Notes: generated by a model from the sequence alone, not told the origin. A DNA stretch of 64,000 nt from an uncultured Verrucomicrobiae bacterium (GCA_963763995.1 CAVXQL010000010.1:24187-88186); one strand, 5' to 3'. Counted from the first letter of the stretch, positions 18,609 to 29,201 are shown. Numbers and translations: made by a program.

Positions 18609-19295
18609 GTGACTGATTTCTTCCGCTCCTCGATTGGCAAAAAGTTTGTCGTCGCGCTGACAGGCATCGTTCTGATCGCTTTCGTCATCGGTCATCTTCT
18701 CGGCAATCTGCAAATCTTCATCGGACCGGACTGGATCAATGGGTACGCCGAACATTTGCACGAGCTGGGGCCATTTCTTTGGGTGATTCGCGCCTTCCTG
18801 TTGGTCACCGTGATTCTGCATATCTACTTCACGATCCAGCTCGCGATCGAAAATCGGCGCGCGCGGCCGAAGGGCTACGTCAAAAAGGAAAACGTCAAAG
18901 CGAGTTTCGCTTCACGGCACATGGTGATGAGCGGCTTGATCGTTTTCGCGTTTATCGTTTACCATCTCGCGCATTTCACCCTGCGCGTGACCGACCCGCG
19001 TTTTGCCCTGCTCAAGAAAGATCCGCTCCATCACTACGACGTTTATTCGATGATGGTTTACGGGTTTCAGAGCTATCCCGTCTCCGGTTTCTACATCCTC
19101 GCAATGTTTTTGCTCGCGCTCCATTTGAGTCATGCTTCGTCGAGTTTCTTCCAATCGCTCGGCTTGAATGACAGGAAACTTACGCCGCAGCTCGAACGCG
19201 GCGGTCGCATTTTCGCGTGGCTGATTTTTCTCGGCTACGCCTCCATTCCCGTCGCCGTCTTGCTCGGCTGGGTGCAACCGGCACAACAGCTATGA
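18609..19295 (+). CDS. sdhC: succinate dehydrogenase/fumarate reductase cytochrome b558 subunit
   Basis: 228 aa with a GTG start, five hydrophobic helices and conserved His residues. First gene of an sdhC-A-B order as in Bacillus-type enzymes. Confidence 0.85.
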   Translation: MTDFFRSSIGKKFVVALTGIVLIAFVIGHLLGNLQIFIGPDWINGYAEHLHELGPFLWVIRAFLLVTVILHIYFTIQLAIENRRARPKGYVKKENVKASFASRHMVMSGLIVFAFIVYHLAHFTLRVTDPRFALLKKDPLHHYDVYSMMVYGFQSYPVSGFYILAMFLLALHLSHASSSFFQSLGLNDRKLTPQLERGGRIFAWLIFLGYASIPVAVLLGWVQPAQQL

Positions 19296-21217
19296 TCGGT
19301 CATTTGGATTCAAAGATTCCATCGGGACCGCTCGCGGGAAAATGGTCGAGTCACAAGGATCACGCCAAGCTTGTCGCGCCGAACAATCGCCGGAAATTTG
19401 AAATTATCGTGGTCGGCAGCGGTCTCGCCGGTGGATCGGCGGCGGCCACATTGGGCGAGCTTGGCTACCGAGTGAAATGCTTTTGTTATCAGGACAGTCC
19501 GCGTCGCGCCCACAGCATCGCCGCTCAGGGTGGAATCAATGCGGCCAAGAATTATCAGAACGACGGCGACAGCGTCTTTCGCCTTTTCTACGACACGATT
19601 AAAGGCGGCGATTTTCGGTCGCGCGAAGCCAACGTCTATCGTCTGGCCGAAGTCAGTAACCTGATCATCGATCAATGTGTGGAGCAGGGGGTACCGTTTG
19701 CGCGCGAATACGGCGGGCTGCTCGCAAATCGTTCCTTCGGCGGCGCACAGGTTTCACGAACATTTTATGCCCGCGGCCAAACCGGCCAGCAACTCCTTCT
19801 CGGCGCTTACCAGGCACTTTGTCGTCAGATCGCCGCCGGCACGGTGCAAATGTTTCCGCAAACTGAGATGCTCGATCTCGTCCTCGTCGACGGTCACGCC
19901 AAGGGAATCGTAACTCGCGGCCTAACGACTGGGAAAATCGAAATGCACGCCGGAGACGCGGTCGTGCTTGCCACCGGCGGATACGGCAACGTTTTTTATC
20001 TTTCGACCAACGCGCGCGGCTGCAACGTCACCGCCACGTATCGCGCTTACAAGAAGGGCGCTCTTTTCGGAAATCCCTGCTACACGCAGATTCATCCCAC
20101 CTGCATTCCTGTCTCGGGCGACTATCAGTCGAAGCTCACGCTGATGTCGGAATCGCTCCGCAATGATGGCCGGGTCTGGGTGCCGAAGAAAAGAGGGGAC
20201 AAGCGTATGCCTAACGATATCCCTGAAGGCGAGCGCGATTACTACCTGGAGAGGAAATATCCCAGCTTCGGAAATCTTGCCCCGCGCGATATTTCCTCCC
20301 GAAGCGCGAAGGAGGTTTGCGATGAAGGCCGCGGCGTCGGCGAAACAGGTCGCGGCGTTTATCTTGATTTCAAGGACGCGATCGCGCGCCTCGGCGAAGA
20401 AACGATCCGTGAACGCTACGGCAATCTATTCGAAATTTACGAGAAGATTACGAATGAAGATGCCTACAAACAGCCGATGCGGATTTATCCGGCTGTCCAT
20501 TACACGATGGGTGGCCTCTGGGTTGACTACAATTTAATGAGCAATGTCCCGGGCCTGCACGTGATCGGCGAAGCAAATTTCTCCGATCATGGCGCGAATC
20601 GATTGGGCGCAAGCGCGCTCATGCAAGGTTTGGCTGATGGATATTTCGTCCTGCCCTACACGCTGCCGATTTATCTGGCCGGTCAGATCGGCAAACGGCC
20701 GTCGACCGATCATCCCGAATTTCGCCAGGCCGAAAACGAAGTCCGCTCCCGGGTACAGAAACTCCTTAGTGTGAAAGGGACGCGCACGGTGGATTCATTT
20801 CATCGCGAGCTCGGCCATCTTCTTTGGAACAAGTGCGGAATGGCGCGAAATGCGGCTGGGTTGCGGGAAGCGTTGGCCCGCATTCCCGAACTGCGCGAGG
20901 AATTCTGGCAGAACGTGACCGTGCCGGGCGACGAGCAGGATTTCAATCAATCGCTTGAACGCGCGGGGCGGGTCGCGGATTTCCTTGAGTTCGGCGAATT
21001 GATGTGCACCGACGCGCTCGCCCGCGACGAATCGTGTGGCGGGCATTTTCGCGAAGAACATCAAACGCCGGACGGCGAAGCGTTGCGTGACGACGAAAAC
21101 TTTGCCGTTGTGTTTGCGTGGGAATATCAGGGGAACGGCCAGACAGCGGCACCGAAATTGCATCTTGAACCGCTGGAATTTGAAACCGTCGAGCTTGCGC
21201 AGAGGAGCTATAAATGA
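19292..21217 (+). CDS. sdhA: succinate dehydrogenase/fumarate reductase flavoprotein subunit
   Basis: Start taken at ATG 19292 (ATGA overlap with sdhC). Contains the FAD fold [12 protein letters not shown], the covalent-FAD His in [14 protein letters not shown], and HYTMGG. Confidence 0.95.
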   Translation: MIGHLDSKIPSGPLAGKWSSHKDHAKLVAPNNRRKFEIIVVGSGLAGGSAAATLGELGYRVKCFCYQDSPRRAHSIAAQGGINAAKNYQNDGDSVFRLFYDTIKGGDFRSREANVYRLAEVSNLIIDQCVEQGVPFAREYGGLLANRSFGGAQVSRTFYARGQTGQQLLLGAYQALCRQIAAGTVQMFPQTEMLDLVLVDGHAKGIVTRGLTTGKIEMHAGDAVVLATGGYGNVFYLSTNARGCNVTATYRAYKKGALFGNPCYTQIHPTCIPVSGDYQSKLTLMSESLRNDGRVWVPKKRGDKRMPNDIPEGERDYYLERKYPSFGNLAPRDISSRSAKEVCDEGRGVGETGRGVYLDFKDAIARLGEETIRERYGNLFEIYEKITNEDAYKQPMRIYPAVHYTMGGLWVDYNLMSNVPGLHVIGEANFSDHGANRLGASALMQGLADGYFVLPYTLPIYLAGQIGKRPSTDHPEFRQAENEVRSRVQKLLSVKGTRTVDSFHRELGHLLWNKCGMARNAAGLREALARIPELREEFWQNVTVPGDEQDFNQSLERAGRVADFLEFGELMCTDALARDESCGGHFREEHQTPDGEALRDDENFAVVFAWEYQGNGQTAAPKLHLEPLEFETVELAQRSYK

Positions 21218-21969
21218 ACTTTCGGCTGAAAATCTGGCGACAGAAAGATCGGAAGGCGAAAGGGAAATTGGTCGCCTATGAGGCGAAAGACATATCACCC
21301 CACACTTCGTTTCTGGAAATGCTCGATATTGTGAATGAGCAGCTCGTTAGCCGAAACGAGGAGCCGATTGCGTTCGATTCTGATTGTCGGGAGGGAATTT
21401 GTGGAACGTGTTCGCTCGCAATCAATGGCGAGGCCCATGGTCCGGATCATCCTGGAGCAGCGTGCCAGGTCTACATGCGCCGCTTTAAGGATGGCGCGAC
21501 GATTACAGTGGAACCGTTCCGCGCCAAGCCGTTCCCGTTGATCAAGGATTTGGTGGTCGATCGCAGTGCGCTCGATCGCATTGTGCAGGCTGGCGGATAC
21601 GTCGGTGCGAGGGCGGGTTCTGCTCCGGAAGCGAATTCGATTCCGGTGCCAAAACACGACGCCGATCTGGCGATGGAAGCGGCGGCCTGCATCGGTTGTG
21701 GAGCGTGCGCCGCCGCGTGCCCGAATGCCTCCGCCATGCTCTTTACTTCTGCGAAGGTCTCGCATCTCGCGCTTCTGCCACAGGGCGAACCGGAACGCGC
21801 GCGGCGAGTTTTGAAGATGGTTGCGGCGATGGATACCGAAGGTTTCGGCAACTGCACGAACACCTACGAATGCGAAGCGGTATGTCCGGTCGAAATCAGC
21901 GCAAGTTTCATTGCCAAGCTGAACCGCGAATACACCAAGGCCAGCTTGAGCCGAAGCGTGGGGGAATAG
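21214..21969 (+). CDS. sdhB: succinate dehydrogenase/fumarate reductase iron-sulfur subunit
   Basis: 251 aa with ATGA overlap with sdhA. Cysteine clusters [22 protein letters not shown] and [12 protein letters not shown]. Confidence 0.95.
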   Translation: MNFRLKIWRQKDRKAKGKLVAYEAKDISPHTSFLEMLDIVNEQLVSRNEEPIAFDSDCREGICGTCSLAINGEAHGPDHPGAACQVYMRRFKDGATITVEPFRAKPFPLIKDLVVDRSALDRIVQAGGYVGARAGSAPEANSIPVPKHDADLAMEAAACIGCGACAAACPNASAMLFTSAKVSHLALLPQGEPERARRVLKMVAAMDTEGFGNCTNTYECEAVCPVEISASFIAKLNREYTKASLSRSVGE

Positions 21970-22015
21970 TTCATTCTCCTGCTCATAATCTTGATCGTGC
22001 TCGTAATCGTCTTCC

Positions 22016-23425
22016 TCAATTGTCAGATCGATCAGGAGCACGATCACCAGCACGAGTCGTCTGGGCCGTCGCGCGCCAGCGGACCAGTGCGACTCCGCTA
22101 AGGCAGAAGAGCAGCCAAACCGTGCCCTCGATCACGGCGGCGAGGATATCACTGAAGTAGTACGCACCGAGGTAAATTCGGCTGAAGCCAATTACGAGGA
22201 GGAGCAATATCGTTACTAGCGCGACGAGCACTCGCCACGTCCATCGCGGCACGCGCCAGAGCGAGAGAGCGGCGAGCACACCGTAGAGAGCGGTCGCGGT
22301 CATCGTATCACCGCTGGGAAGGCCGAACGTATTTTCGGCGTGAAGGACGCCACCGAACTGTGGTCGCGGACGACCGAACAATTGGGTGAGAAGGATAAAC
22401 AGCAGGGCACCTCCTGGCACCGCGAGCACGAGCAAGAGCAGGCGATACCAGCGACGATGCAGAATCAGAATGAGGGCTGTGATACCGCCGAGGAGCGACA
22501 ACCAGGCGATTGATCCGAGGGATCCAAGCCAGAGCATCGCCTCGGTCCACCCCGTCGTGGTGTGGCCTTCGAACCAGTTCGCCACCCGCAGATCCATCGA
22601 GACAACCGCATCGCGCGTCAGAATCCTCTGAACGAAACCACCAAAAATGGCTGCCGCCGCGATGAGAAGGAGAACGCCGACCGTAAGATGAATTCCGAGG
22701 AACCCTTTGGGGGAAAACCGCTGCTCGACCCAATCGATTTCCGCGGCAAACTGCTGAAGAAGCTTCACCACTCGCGGCCGCCGGCAAAATGCTTCCCACC
22801 ATCGGCGAATCTCCACTTCGCGACTGGTGAGCCAGCGCCAGAACCAGACCGTCGCGATGATTAGTCCTGCGAACAGAGCAACGAAGATGCTGGCGTGCCC
22901 GATCCATCGTTCGAGAAAATGCCAGCTTTGGCCAAACCAATAGCCGATAAGAGAAAACGTGGCGGCCCAGAGCACACAGCCGGTCGCGTTATAAAGGAGA
23001 AACTGGAGATAAGGGAGCCGGGCTGCACCTGCCAGAAACGGCATCAGCGCTCGGCCGACATGTAGGAAGTGCGCGAAGAGCACGCTGAGTCCTCCGTGCC
23101 GCTGGAAGAACGCGTCCATCCGATCGAGGCGTTCGGGTCGCAGCCAAAACGTTGGACCATGCCGTCGCAAAAAGTCGCGGCCCAGCCAGCGACCCAATTC
23201 ATAACCAATGGTGTCGCCGATGATCGCCGCCACGCTGACGATGGGAATCAGGAGTTGGAGATCGAGCACCTGCTGCGCGGCAAGAAATCCCGCTAACACG
23301 ACGAGGCTCTCACCCGGCATGAAGAAGCCGAGGAACGCCTGGCATTCCAGCACGACGATGAGGAAGACGACGACGTAACCCCAATGCTGCATTCCCGAAA
23401 GCAGCTCGGTCAGGTAACTAATCAT
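22016..23425 (-). CDS. DedA-family membrane protein fused to a PAP2 (phosphatidic acid/undecaprenyl-PP phosphatase-like) domain
   Basis: Start taken at ATG 23425 (MISYLTELLSGMQHWGYVVVFLIVVLECQAFLGFFMPGESL, a DedA signature). The C-terminal half has PAP2 motifs (PSGDTM ... SRIYLGAYYFSD). Confidence 0.75.
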   Translation of the reverse strand: MISYLTELLSGMQHWGYVVVFLIVVLECQAFLGFFMPGESLVVLAGFLAAQQVLDLQLLIPIVSVAAIIGDTIGYELGRWLGRDFLRRHGPTFWLRPERLDRMDAFFQRHGGLSVLFAHFLHVGRALMPFLAGAARLPYLQFLLYNATGCVLWAATFSLIGYWFGQSWHFLERWIGHASIFVALFAGLIIATVWFWRWLTSREVEIRRWWEAFCRRPRVVKLLQQFAAEIDWVEQRFSPKGFLGIHLTVGVLLLIAAAAIFGGFVQRILTRDAVVSMDLRVANWFEGHTTTGWTEAMLWLGSLGSIAWLSLLGGITALILILHRRWYRLLLLVLAVPGGALLFILLTQLFGRPRPQFGGVLHAENTFGLPSGDTMTATALYGVLAALSLWRVPRWTWRVLVALVTILLLLVIGFSRIYLGAYYFSDILAAVIEGTVWLLFCLSGVALVRWRATAQTTRAGDRAPDRSDN

Positions 23426-23453
23426 CGTCAAAAATTTGGCGACCCGCGAGAAT

Positions 23454-24290
23454 TTACCCGGTTGTTTGACAGGCAAATGTCCAAATCTCCGGATCGAGCT
23501 CGTCCCGGGCGCGGGCCGCGAGAGATTGGGCGGAGTTTTCGTCGCGCAAAATCGCAAAGACAGTTGAGCCGGAACCCGAAAGCAATGCGGCGGAGACCTC
23601 CGGTTGTTTGTGCAACCACATCTTTGTCTGAGCCAGGAAAACGAATTTCTCAAAGACCGGTCGCTCAAGATCGTTAACGAGTCGGAATTCGCCAAACTGT
23701 TGCGGATCGTAGATCACTTCCGGGATCTGTTTCGAATCCTGCCAGCGGGAATAGGCCCACGGAGTCGGCACGCCGAACGATGGCTTGACGAGCAATAGAG
23801 ATAGCGTTGCGGGAAGCTTGTTCGGCTCCACGATTTCGCCGCGCCCGCGACAGATCGCAGCCGATTGAAAAAGAAAAAACGGAACGTCTGATCCAATTTC
23901 AGCCGCCAGCTCGGCAAGTTCCGGCAACGCGAGATTTGCCTGATAAAAGCGATTCAAACCACGCAAAGTTGCAGCTGCGTCACTGCTTCCGCCGCCCAGG
24001 CCGGCCCCATGAGGGATTTTTTTCCGCAGCTGAATTGTCGCGTCAATTTTTTGTCCGGTCGTGCGCGAGAAAAGCGCCGCCGCGCGGATGACCAGATTAT
24101 CGGAGCCATGCGGAAGGGAAGGATCGTCGCAGCGAAAATCGATTCCCAATGTGTGCGCCGCTCCCGTGATTGTGATTTCGTCACAGAGCGAAATCGGCGT
24201 CATCAGGGTTTCGATTTCGTGAAAGCCGTCCGGACGACGGTGGCGAATTTCAAAAGAAAGATTGATCTTCGCAGGCGCGAGAAGCTGCAT
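23454..24290 (-). CDS. ispE: 4-diphosphocytidyl-2-C-methyl-D-erythritol kinase
   Basis: Start taken at ATG 24290 (MQLLAPAKINLSFEI). The GHMP motif is IPHGAGLGGGSSDAAA. Confidence 0.92.
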   Translation of the reverse strand: MQLLAPAKINLSFEIRHRRPDGFHEIETLMTPISLCDEITITGAAHTLGIDFRCDDPSLPHGSDNLVIRAAALFSRTTGQKIDATIQLRKKIPHGAGLGGGSSDAAATLRGLNRFYQANLALPELAELAAEIGSDVPFFLFQSAAICRGRGEIVEPNKLPATLSLLLVKPSFGVPTPWAYSRWQDSKQIPEVIYDPQQFGEFRLVNDLERPVFEKFVFLAQTKMWLHKQPEVSAALLSGSGSTVFAILRDENSAQSLAARARDELDPEIWTFACQTTG

Positions 24291-24329
24291 ACAATCCAAT
24301 CTGTTCACGAATTTCCGGAGAATTACAGG

Positions 24330-25028
24330 ATGAACTCGCAACTGGCCAATCGCGATCGATTGATCGTCGCCCTCGATGTCGCGACGAAAGTGCAGGCTCT
24401 CGGTTTGGTGAAAGAGCTTTCCAGCGCTGTTTCGTGGTTCAAGATCGGCCTGCAACTCTACACCGCGCTCGGTCCAGAAATCGTTGTCGCGGTAAAAGAA
24501 ACCGGCGCGAATGTTTTTCTCGATCTCAAACTTTACGACATCCCGAATACGGTTGCCCGCGCAGTGGAAGCGGCCGGCAAATTTGATGTGCAAATGCTGA
24601 CAATTCATCTGAGTGGCGGCCACGAAATGATTGAGGCGGCGGTCTCCGCACGGAGAGACGGTATGATGCTTTTTGGCGTAACGGTGCTGACCAGCTCGAC
24701 CACAGAAACATTGCGTGAAGTCGGTGTTGATTCGCCGGTTGAAGAACAGGTTCTCCGGCTTGCTTCGTTAGGCGCAGCGGCGAAGATCGATGGTTTCGTC
24801 GCGAGCCCGCTCGAGCTCAAAGCATTGCGCGGACGCCTGGGCGACAAAGGGAAGCTGGTGGTGCCAGGCGTGCGCCCGGTCGGGTCCGAGCCGGGGGATC
24901 AAAAACGGTTTATGACTCCGCGCGAAGCGCTGCAAAGTGGTGCTGACTATCTGGTGATCGGGCGACCGATTACTTCGCATCCGCGGCCACTGGAAGCCGT
25001 GGAAAAAATAATCAGCGAACTTGCCTGA
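24330..25028 (+). CDS. pyrF: orotidine-5'-phosphate decarboxylase
   Basis: Start taken at ATG 24330. Contains LIVALDV, FLDLKLYDIPNTV and YLVIGRPI motifs. Confidence 0.93.
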   Translation: MNSQLANRDRLIVALDVATKVQALGLVKELSSAVSWFKIGLQLYTALGPEIVVAVKETGANVFLDLKLYDIPNTVARAVEAAGKFDVQMLTIHLSGGHEMIEAAVSARRDGMMLFGVTVLTSSTTETLREVGVDSPVEEQVLRLASLGAAAKIDGFVASPLELKALRGRLGDKGKLVVPGVRPVGSEPGDQKRFMTPREALQSGADYLVIGRPITSHPRPLEAVEKIISELA

Positions 25029-25046
25029 CAAGGTCGCGCAACCGGC

Positions 25047-25706
25047 ATGTTCGATGAGCTCGACGTTTATGAAGATTCCGAGCGGCGGAATGCGTCTCTC
25101 AACATGGCGATTGATGAGGCGTTGCTGGAAAGTGCCACAAAGCCGACGCTTCGCTTCTACGGATGGAGGCAGCCCTCGCTATCATTTGGATATTTCGGCC
25201 GATACGATGATGCGTTGAAGGAGGGCGCGGGCCGCGATCTGGTTCGGCGTTGGACCGGGGGCGGCATTGTCCTCCACGGCGACGACCTGACGTATTCGCT
25301 CGTTATTCCAAGCCGATACCGTTCGTCTGCGTTAGCGCCGGGCGCGATCTACGCCGCGGTCCACCAGGCCATCCGCGATGTGCTCCTAGCAGAAGGGAAG
25401 GAAGCGCTGATGGCTATATCATCGCGCCCAAAAATTTCCGAAGCGTGTTTTGCGAATGCCGTAGTGGCCGATGTTCTGCTGGGCGAAACGAAAGTGGCCG
25501 GTGCGGCTCAGCGACGGACGCGGGCCGGTTTGCTCCAGCAAGGAAGCATCCAGGTTCCACAGCTTTCCGAGGCTTTTGCGGAAACTTTTGCCCGCGCGCT
25601 TTGTATGAAAAATAGCATGCGCACTCTTGCGTCTGACCTCGTGAGCCGGTCGGAGGAAATCGACAAAGCGAGGTACGCGACGGAACAATGGTTGCGGCGG
25701 CGATAA
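25047..25706 (+). CDS. biotin/lipoate A/B protein ligase family protein (LplA/LipB-like)
   Basis: 219 aa. Contains NMAIDEALLE, LRFYGWRQPSLSFGYFG, RRWTGGGIVLHGDDLTYSL and KVAGAAQRR. Confidence 0.8.
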   Translation: MFDELDVYEDSERRNASLNMAIDEALLESATKPTLRFYGWRQPSLSFGYFGRYDDALKEGAGRDLVRRWTGGGIVLHGDDLTYSLVIPSRYRSSALAPGAIYAAVHQAIRDVLLAEGKEALMAISSRPKISEACFANAVVADVLLGETKVAGAAQRRTRAGLLQQGSIQVPQLSEAFAETFARALCMKNSMRTLASDLVSRSEEIDKARYATEQWLRRR

Positions 25707-25760
25707 ATCAGCGCCCGGGGTGCTGGTTTTGGCGGCTCGCAAAAAAAATCTTACTCGTCA

Positions 25761-25818
25761 AAGTTCGCGACGACGAGCCGTCGTCGCAAGCACGCGAGCC
25801 GCGTGCGCTCCCCAGAGT
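25761..25818 (+). repeat. second copy of the 58-nt hairpin module seen at 17888-17945
   Basis: AAGTTCGCGACGACGAGCCGTCGTCGCAAGCACGCGAGCCGCGTGCGCTCCCCAGAGT here, against AAGTTCACGAGGGCGGGCCGCCCCCGCCAGCACGAGAGCCGCGTGCGCTCCCCAGAGT at the first locus. Confidence 0.75.
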
Positions 25819-25880
25819 TCGATCGACTCCGAAGGCCTTCGGGGCTCGGAACGACCGGAAAACGGTATCTCCGCCAATTG

Positions 25881-26957
25881 ATGCCTTGCTTTGACATTGG
25901 AAAATGGGCCTTCTATTCTGAGTTTGTGGAAGTTTTCTCGCCGTCCGCAGCCGCTATCCCCCCAATCGTTTCTGACGGACCGATCGCCAGCGTCGCGCGA
26001 CTCGTGCAACGCCAGCTCGACGAAGTCGAAGCGCAGATCACGCAACAGGCGACTGCATTCGATCCCGCGATCGAAGGCTACGTTGCCTATGCAGTAGGCA
26101 GTCGGGGGAAGCGTCTCCGCCCTCTCCTCGCCCTGCTCAGCGGCGGAGCGAGTGGCGGGGTCACTCCCGGACACGTCGACCTGGCCGTAATCGTCGAGCT
26201 CATTCACGTCGCCACGCTCGTGCACGACGACATCATGGACGAGGCGGAACGGCGGCGCTCGCAGCCGACGGTGAACGCGCGCTGGGGAAATTCGTTGAGC
26301 GTTCTGTTAGGCGACTGCCTGTTTGCACAGGCGCTAAATTTATCGACGAACTTCGACAATCCGGAGATCAGTCGCGCAATCGCGCGGGCCGCCAGGGATG
26401 TTTGCTCGGGCGAAATTATTCAAACGCAAAGGCGCTTCGATCTGCACCTCGCGATCGAGGATTATCTCCGCATCATCAAGATGAAGACGGGCTCGCTCTT
26501 CGCGGTGGCCGCGGAACTCGGCGCCACGATCAATGGAGCCGGAGCGGAAATGATTCGATCGATGAAGGCGTTCGGACTGAAGTTTGGGGCGGCCTATCAG
26601 ATCTACGATGACTGCCTCGACATCGCGGGCAGCGAAAATACCACCGGCAAAACCCTCGGGACCGATTTGCGGAAAGGGAAGATGACGCTTCCGGTGCTGA
26701 CGCTGCTAAAGAACACTCCGGCGATTGAACGTGAACATTGTTGCGAGCTAATCCTCGACGGAAGATCGGACGAAATTGCAGCTCTGTTGAAAATGGCTTC
26801 GGCTGATGGCGCGCTCAGCGCCTCGCTCGATGCAGGCCGCGAGTTGATTCGGGATGCCCAATGCAGTCTGGACGGCCTCGCTCCAACCGCATTCGCCGAC
26901 GCCTTGGTGCAACTCTGCGACGCACTCCGCGATTTGTTCGAACAACTGCGGTCGTAA
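25881..26957 (+). CDS. ispB: long-chain polyprenyl diphosphate synthase (IspB-like)
   Basis: Contains the DDxxD motifs LVHDDIMDE and QIYDDCLD. The start is uncertain: ATG 25881 was chosen, and GTG near 25926 is also possible. Confidence 0.85.
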   Translation: MPCFDIGKWAFYSEFVEVFSPSAAAIPPIVSDGPIASVARLVQRQLDEVEAQITQQATAFDPAIEGYVAYAVGSRGKRLRPLLALLSGGASGGVTPGHVDLAVIVELIHVATLVHDDIMDEAERRRSQPTVNARWGNSLSVLLGDCLFAQALNLSTNFDNPEISRAIARAARDVCSGEIIQTQRRFDLHLAIEDYLRIIKMKTGSLFAVAAELGATINGAGAEMIRSMKAFGLKFGAAYQIYDDCLDIAGSENTTGKTLGTDLRKGKMTLPVLTLLKNTPAIEREHCCELILDGRSDEIAALLKMASADGALSASLDAGRELIRDAQCSLDGLAPTAFADALVQLCDALRDLFEQLRS

Positions 26958-27015
26958 AAATTGTAGTCAGGCCGCGGCAACAGCAAGCACTGTAGAATTT
27001 GCTTCTTCCCTTCAA

Positions 27016-27711
27016 ATGCCTCAGCTGAAAATCCGCGAAATGCCGGAGCCGGAGCGGCCGCGGGAAAAGTTGATGGCTCACGGTGCGGCGGCGCTGACCG
27101 ATCCGGAGCTGATCGCGATCCTTTTGCGCACGGGTGTGCGCGGGGCGAATGCGATCGAAGTCGCCCGTGAACTATTGGAAAGATACAAATCGCTCGGCGA
27201 CTTGAGCAGGTGCACGGTTAAGGAGCTTGCTGCCATCCGCGGGATCGGGAACGCGAAAGCGGTGCAGTTGGTTGCTGCTTTCGGTCTTGGTCAAAGATTG
27301 GCGCAAGAGTCTTTCGTCCGAAAGAAGATTGATTCGCCCGAATTGGTCTGTGCTCTCGTCGGCTCCGAAATGCGAATGCTGCACAAGGAATCGCTCCGCA
27401 TCATTCTGCTCGATACTCGCTATCACATGCTGCGGATCGAGGAAGTTTCGCTCGGCAGCCTCAACGAAAGCATCGCGCACCCCCGCGATGTCTTTCGACC
27501 GGCCATCATTTTCTCTGCATACGCCGTCATCGTGGTGCACAATCACCCGTCGGGTGATCCATCCCCGAGCCAGGCTGATCACAGCCTAACGAGACGATTA
27601 TCGGAGGCAGCAGAGCTCTTGCAGATCAAGCTGCTCGATCACATTATCATCGGCGCGCCGGCGGAGGGACGGGCGCCGTATTTCAGTTTCAAGGAAGCGG
27701 GTGTGCTGTGA
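27016..27711 (+). CDS. radC: RadC-family JAB-domain protein (UPF0758)
   Basis: Start taken at ATG 27016 (MPQLKIREMPEPERPREKL). Contains an HhH region and the JAMM motif HNHPSGDPSPSQAD. Confidence 0.9.
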   Translation: MPQLKIREMPEPERPREKLMAHGAAALTDPELIAILLRTGVRGANAIEVARELLERYKSLGDLSRCTVKELAAIRGIGNAKAVQLVAAFGLGQRLAQESFVRKKIDSPELVCALVGSEMRMLHKESLRIILLDTRYHMLRIEEVSLGSLNESIAHPRDVFRPAIIFSAYAVIVVHNHPSGDPSPSQADHSLTRRLSEAAELLQIKLLDHIIIGAPAEGRAPYFSFKEAGVL

Positions 27712-28508
27712 AAATTCATCCCACGGCGATTGTCGATCCGGCGGCGAAAATCGGGAGCGATGTCGAGATAGGTCCTTACTCGGTCATCAGCGCGGAGGCG
27801 ATCATCGGCGAAGGATGCGTTATCCAGTCTCACGTGGTGATTGAAGGATCGGTGGAGATCGGGGTCGATAATTTCATTGGACATGGGGCGATCATCGGCG
27901 CGGCGCCGCAGGATCTTTCTTTCAATCTCCAAACCCACAGCGGTGTTCGCATCGGAAATGATAACGTCATTCGCGAACACTGCACGATTCACCGCGGGAC
28001 CGTGGAGGGAAGCATGACCACGCTGGGCGCCAAAAATTTCCTAATGGTCGGCGGGCACGTCGGTCACAACTGTAACATTGGCAGCAATGTGATCATCGCG
28101 AACAATTGCCTCCTCGGCGGCTATGTCGAGATTCAGGATAGCGCTTTTCTCGGCGGCGGGTGCGTCTTTCATCAATTCGTGCGTGTGGGAAGACTCGCCA
28201 TCACGCAGGGCGGCTCAGCCTTCAGCGTGCACATTCCGCCGTTCGTGATGGCGGCACTGCTCAATTACGCCATCGGATTAAATGTGATCGGCTTGAAGCG
28301 CGCGGGCTTCACCGGGAAGGAACGCGATGAACTCAAAGCTGTCTTTAAGCTGCTTTACACAAGCGGCCTGAATAAAAGCCAGGCCTTGGAGCGCGCGGCG
28401 GAAACAAAATGGGGAGCGCCCGCTCAGGAATTCCTGGATTTCGTAGCGAGTGCAAAAAAGCGTGGGATTTGCGCGTATCGAGGAAGCGATCGGAAACTTG
28501 CGGACTAG
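27708..28508 (+). CDS. lpxA: acyl-ACP--UDP-N-acetylglucosamine O-acyltransferase
   Basis: 266 aa with a GTG start overlapping the radC stop (GTGA). Hexapeptide repeats and an LpxA C-terminal helical domain. Confidence 0.92.
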   Translation: MKIHPTAIVDPAAKIGSDVEIGPYSVISAEAIIGEGCVIQSHVVIEGSVEIGVDNFIGHGAIIGAAPQDLSFNLQTHSGVRIGNDNVIREHCTIHRGTVEGSMTTLGAKNFLMVGGHVGHNCNIGSNVIIANNCLLGGYVEIQDSAFLGGGCVFHQFVRVGRLAITQGGSAFSVHIPPFVMAALLNYAIGLNVIGLKRAGFTGKERDELKAVFKLLYTSGLNKSQALERAAETKWGAPAQEFLDFVASAKKRGICAYRGSDRKLAD

Positions 28509-28511
28509 CAA

Positions 28512-29177
28512 CTAGTCAAGTGCCAGGAGCGCGAGCATACGACCGGTGCGTCCTTTTTCCGCACGATAGGAGTAGTAGCGATTCAAATCACAAGCCGTGC
28601 AGATGTTGCAATCGTTTACCGCGGTGACACCAGTTTCGCGACACTGCTGTGCGATTTCCGCCGCGAAATCGATCTCGTAATGTGGCGGCCGGATGCAGGG
28701 ACTGAGCTGCACCACCACATCGGTCGGCGCTGATCCAAACGTCTCGCGCATCTGCGCGATCGCGCGGCTCACGATTCCGAGTTCGGTCCCTTTCTTGCCG
28801 GAATGGACCAAGCCGATGCAGCGGCGAACCGGATCGGCGAGAAAAATTGCACAGCAATCTGCGACGTAAATACCAAGAGAGGCTCCGGGTTGATTCGTGA
28901 TCATACCGTCACATTCGGCAAAGCACACATCCGCCGAAGGGGGGCGATCGATCACCGCGACGCGATTGCCGTGAACCTGTTGTGCGGTAAGAAAAGGCCC
29001 GCGGTCAATCGCAAGCGACCGGCGGATTTCGCGATGTGCCGCATCGAGCCGATCAAGCGCCTGCGCTTTGTCGTAGGACACTTCGATTCCGGGCATGCGT
29101 CCAATAAAAGCGTGGCGGCATGCCGGAATCGCAGCAAGTGCGGGGAACTGTTCGACCGCAGATGAGCTCGCCTGCAC
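28512..29177 (-). CDS. pgeF: YfiH/PgeF (DUF152) family purine-nucleoside/peptidoglycan-editing enzyme
   Basis: 221 aa. Contains QVHGNRV, VADCCAIFL, VHSGKKGT and a C-terminal YYSYRA motif. Confidence 0.85.
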   Translation of the reverse strand: MQASSSAVEQFPALAAIPACRHAFIGRMPGIEVSYDKAQALDRLDAAHREIRRSLAIDRGPFLTAQQVHGNRVAVIDRPPSADVCFAECDGMITNQPGASLGIYVADCCAIFLADPVRRCIGLVHSGKKGTELGIVSRAIAQMRETFGSAPTDVVVQLSPCIRPPHYEIDFAAEIAQQCRETGVTAVNDCNICTACDLNRYYSYRAEKGRTGRMLALLALD

Positions 29178-29201
29178 TGGTTTGGCGTGGACGGTTCGGG
29201 A

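Noticed and set aside
21970-22060. Acidic peptide TIEEDDYEHDQDYEQENE in an alternative minus-strand frame at the 3' end of the DedA-PAP2 gene, as a possible true C-terminus.
   Set aside because: That frame stays open only by running antisense through sdhB and has no stop before it. I found no independent support for a frame change.
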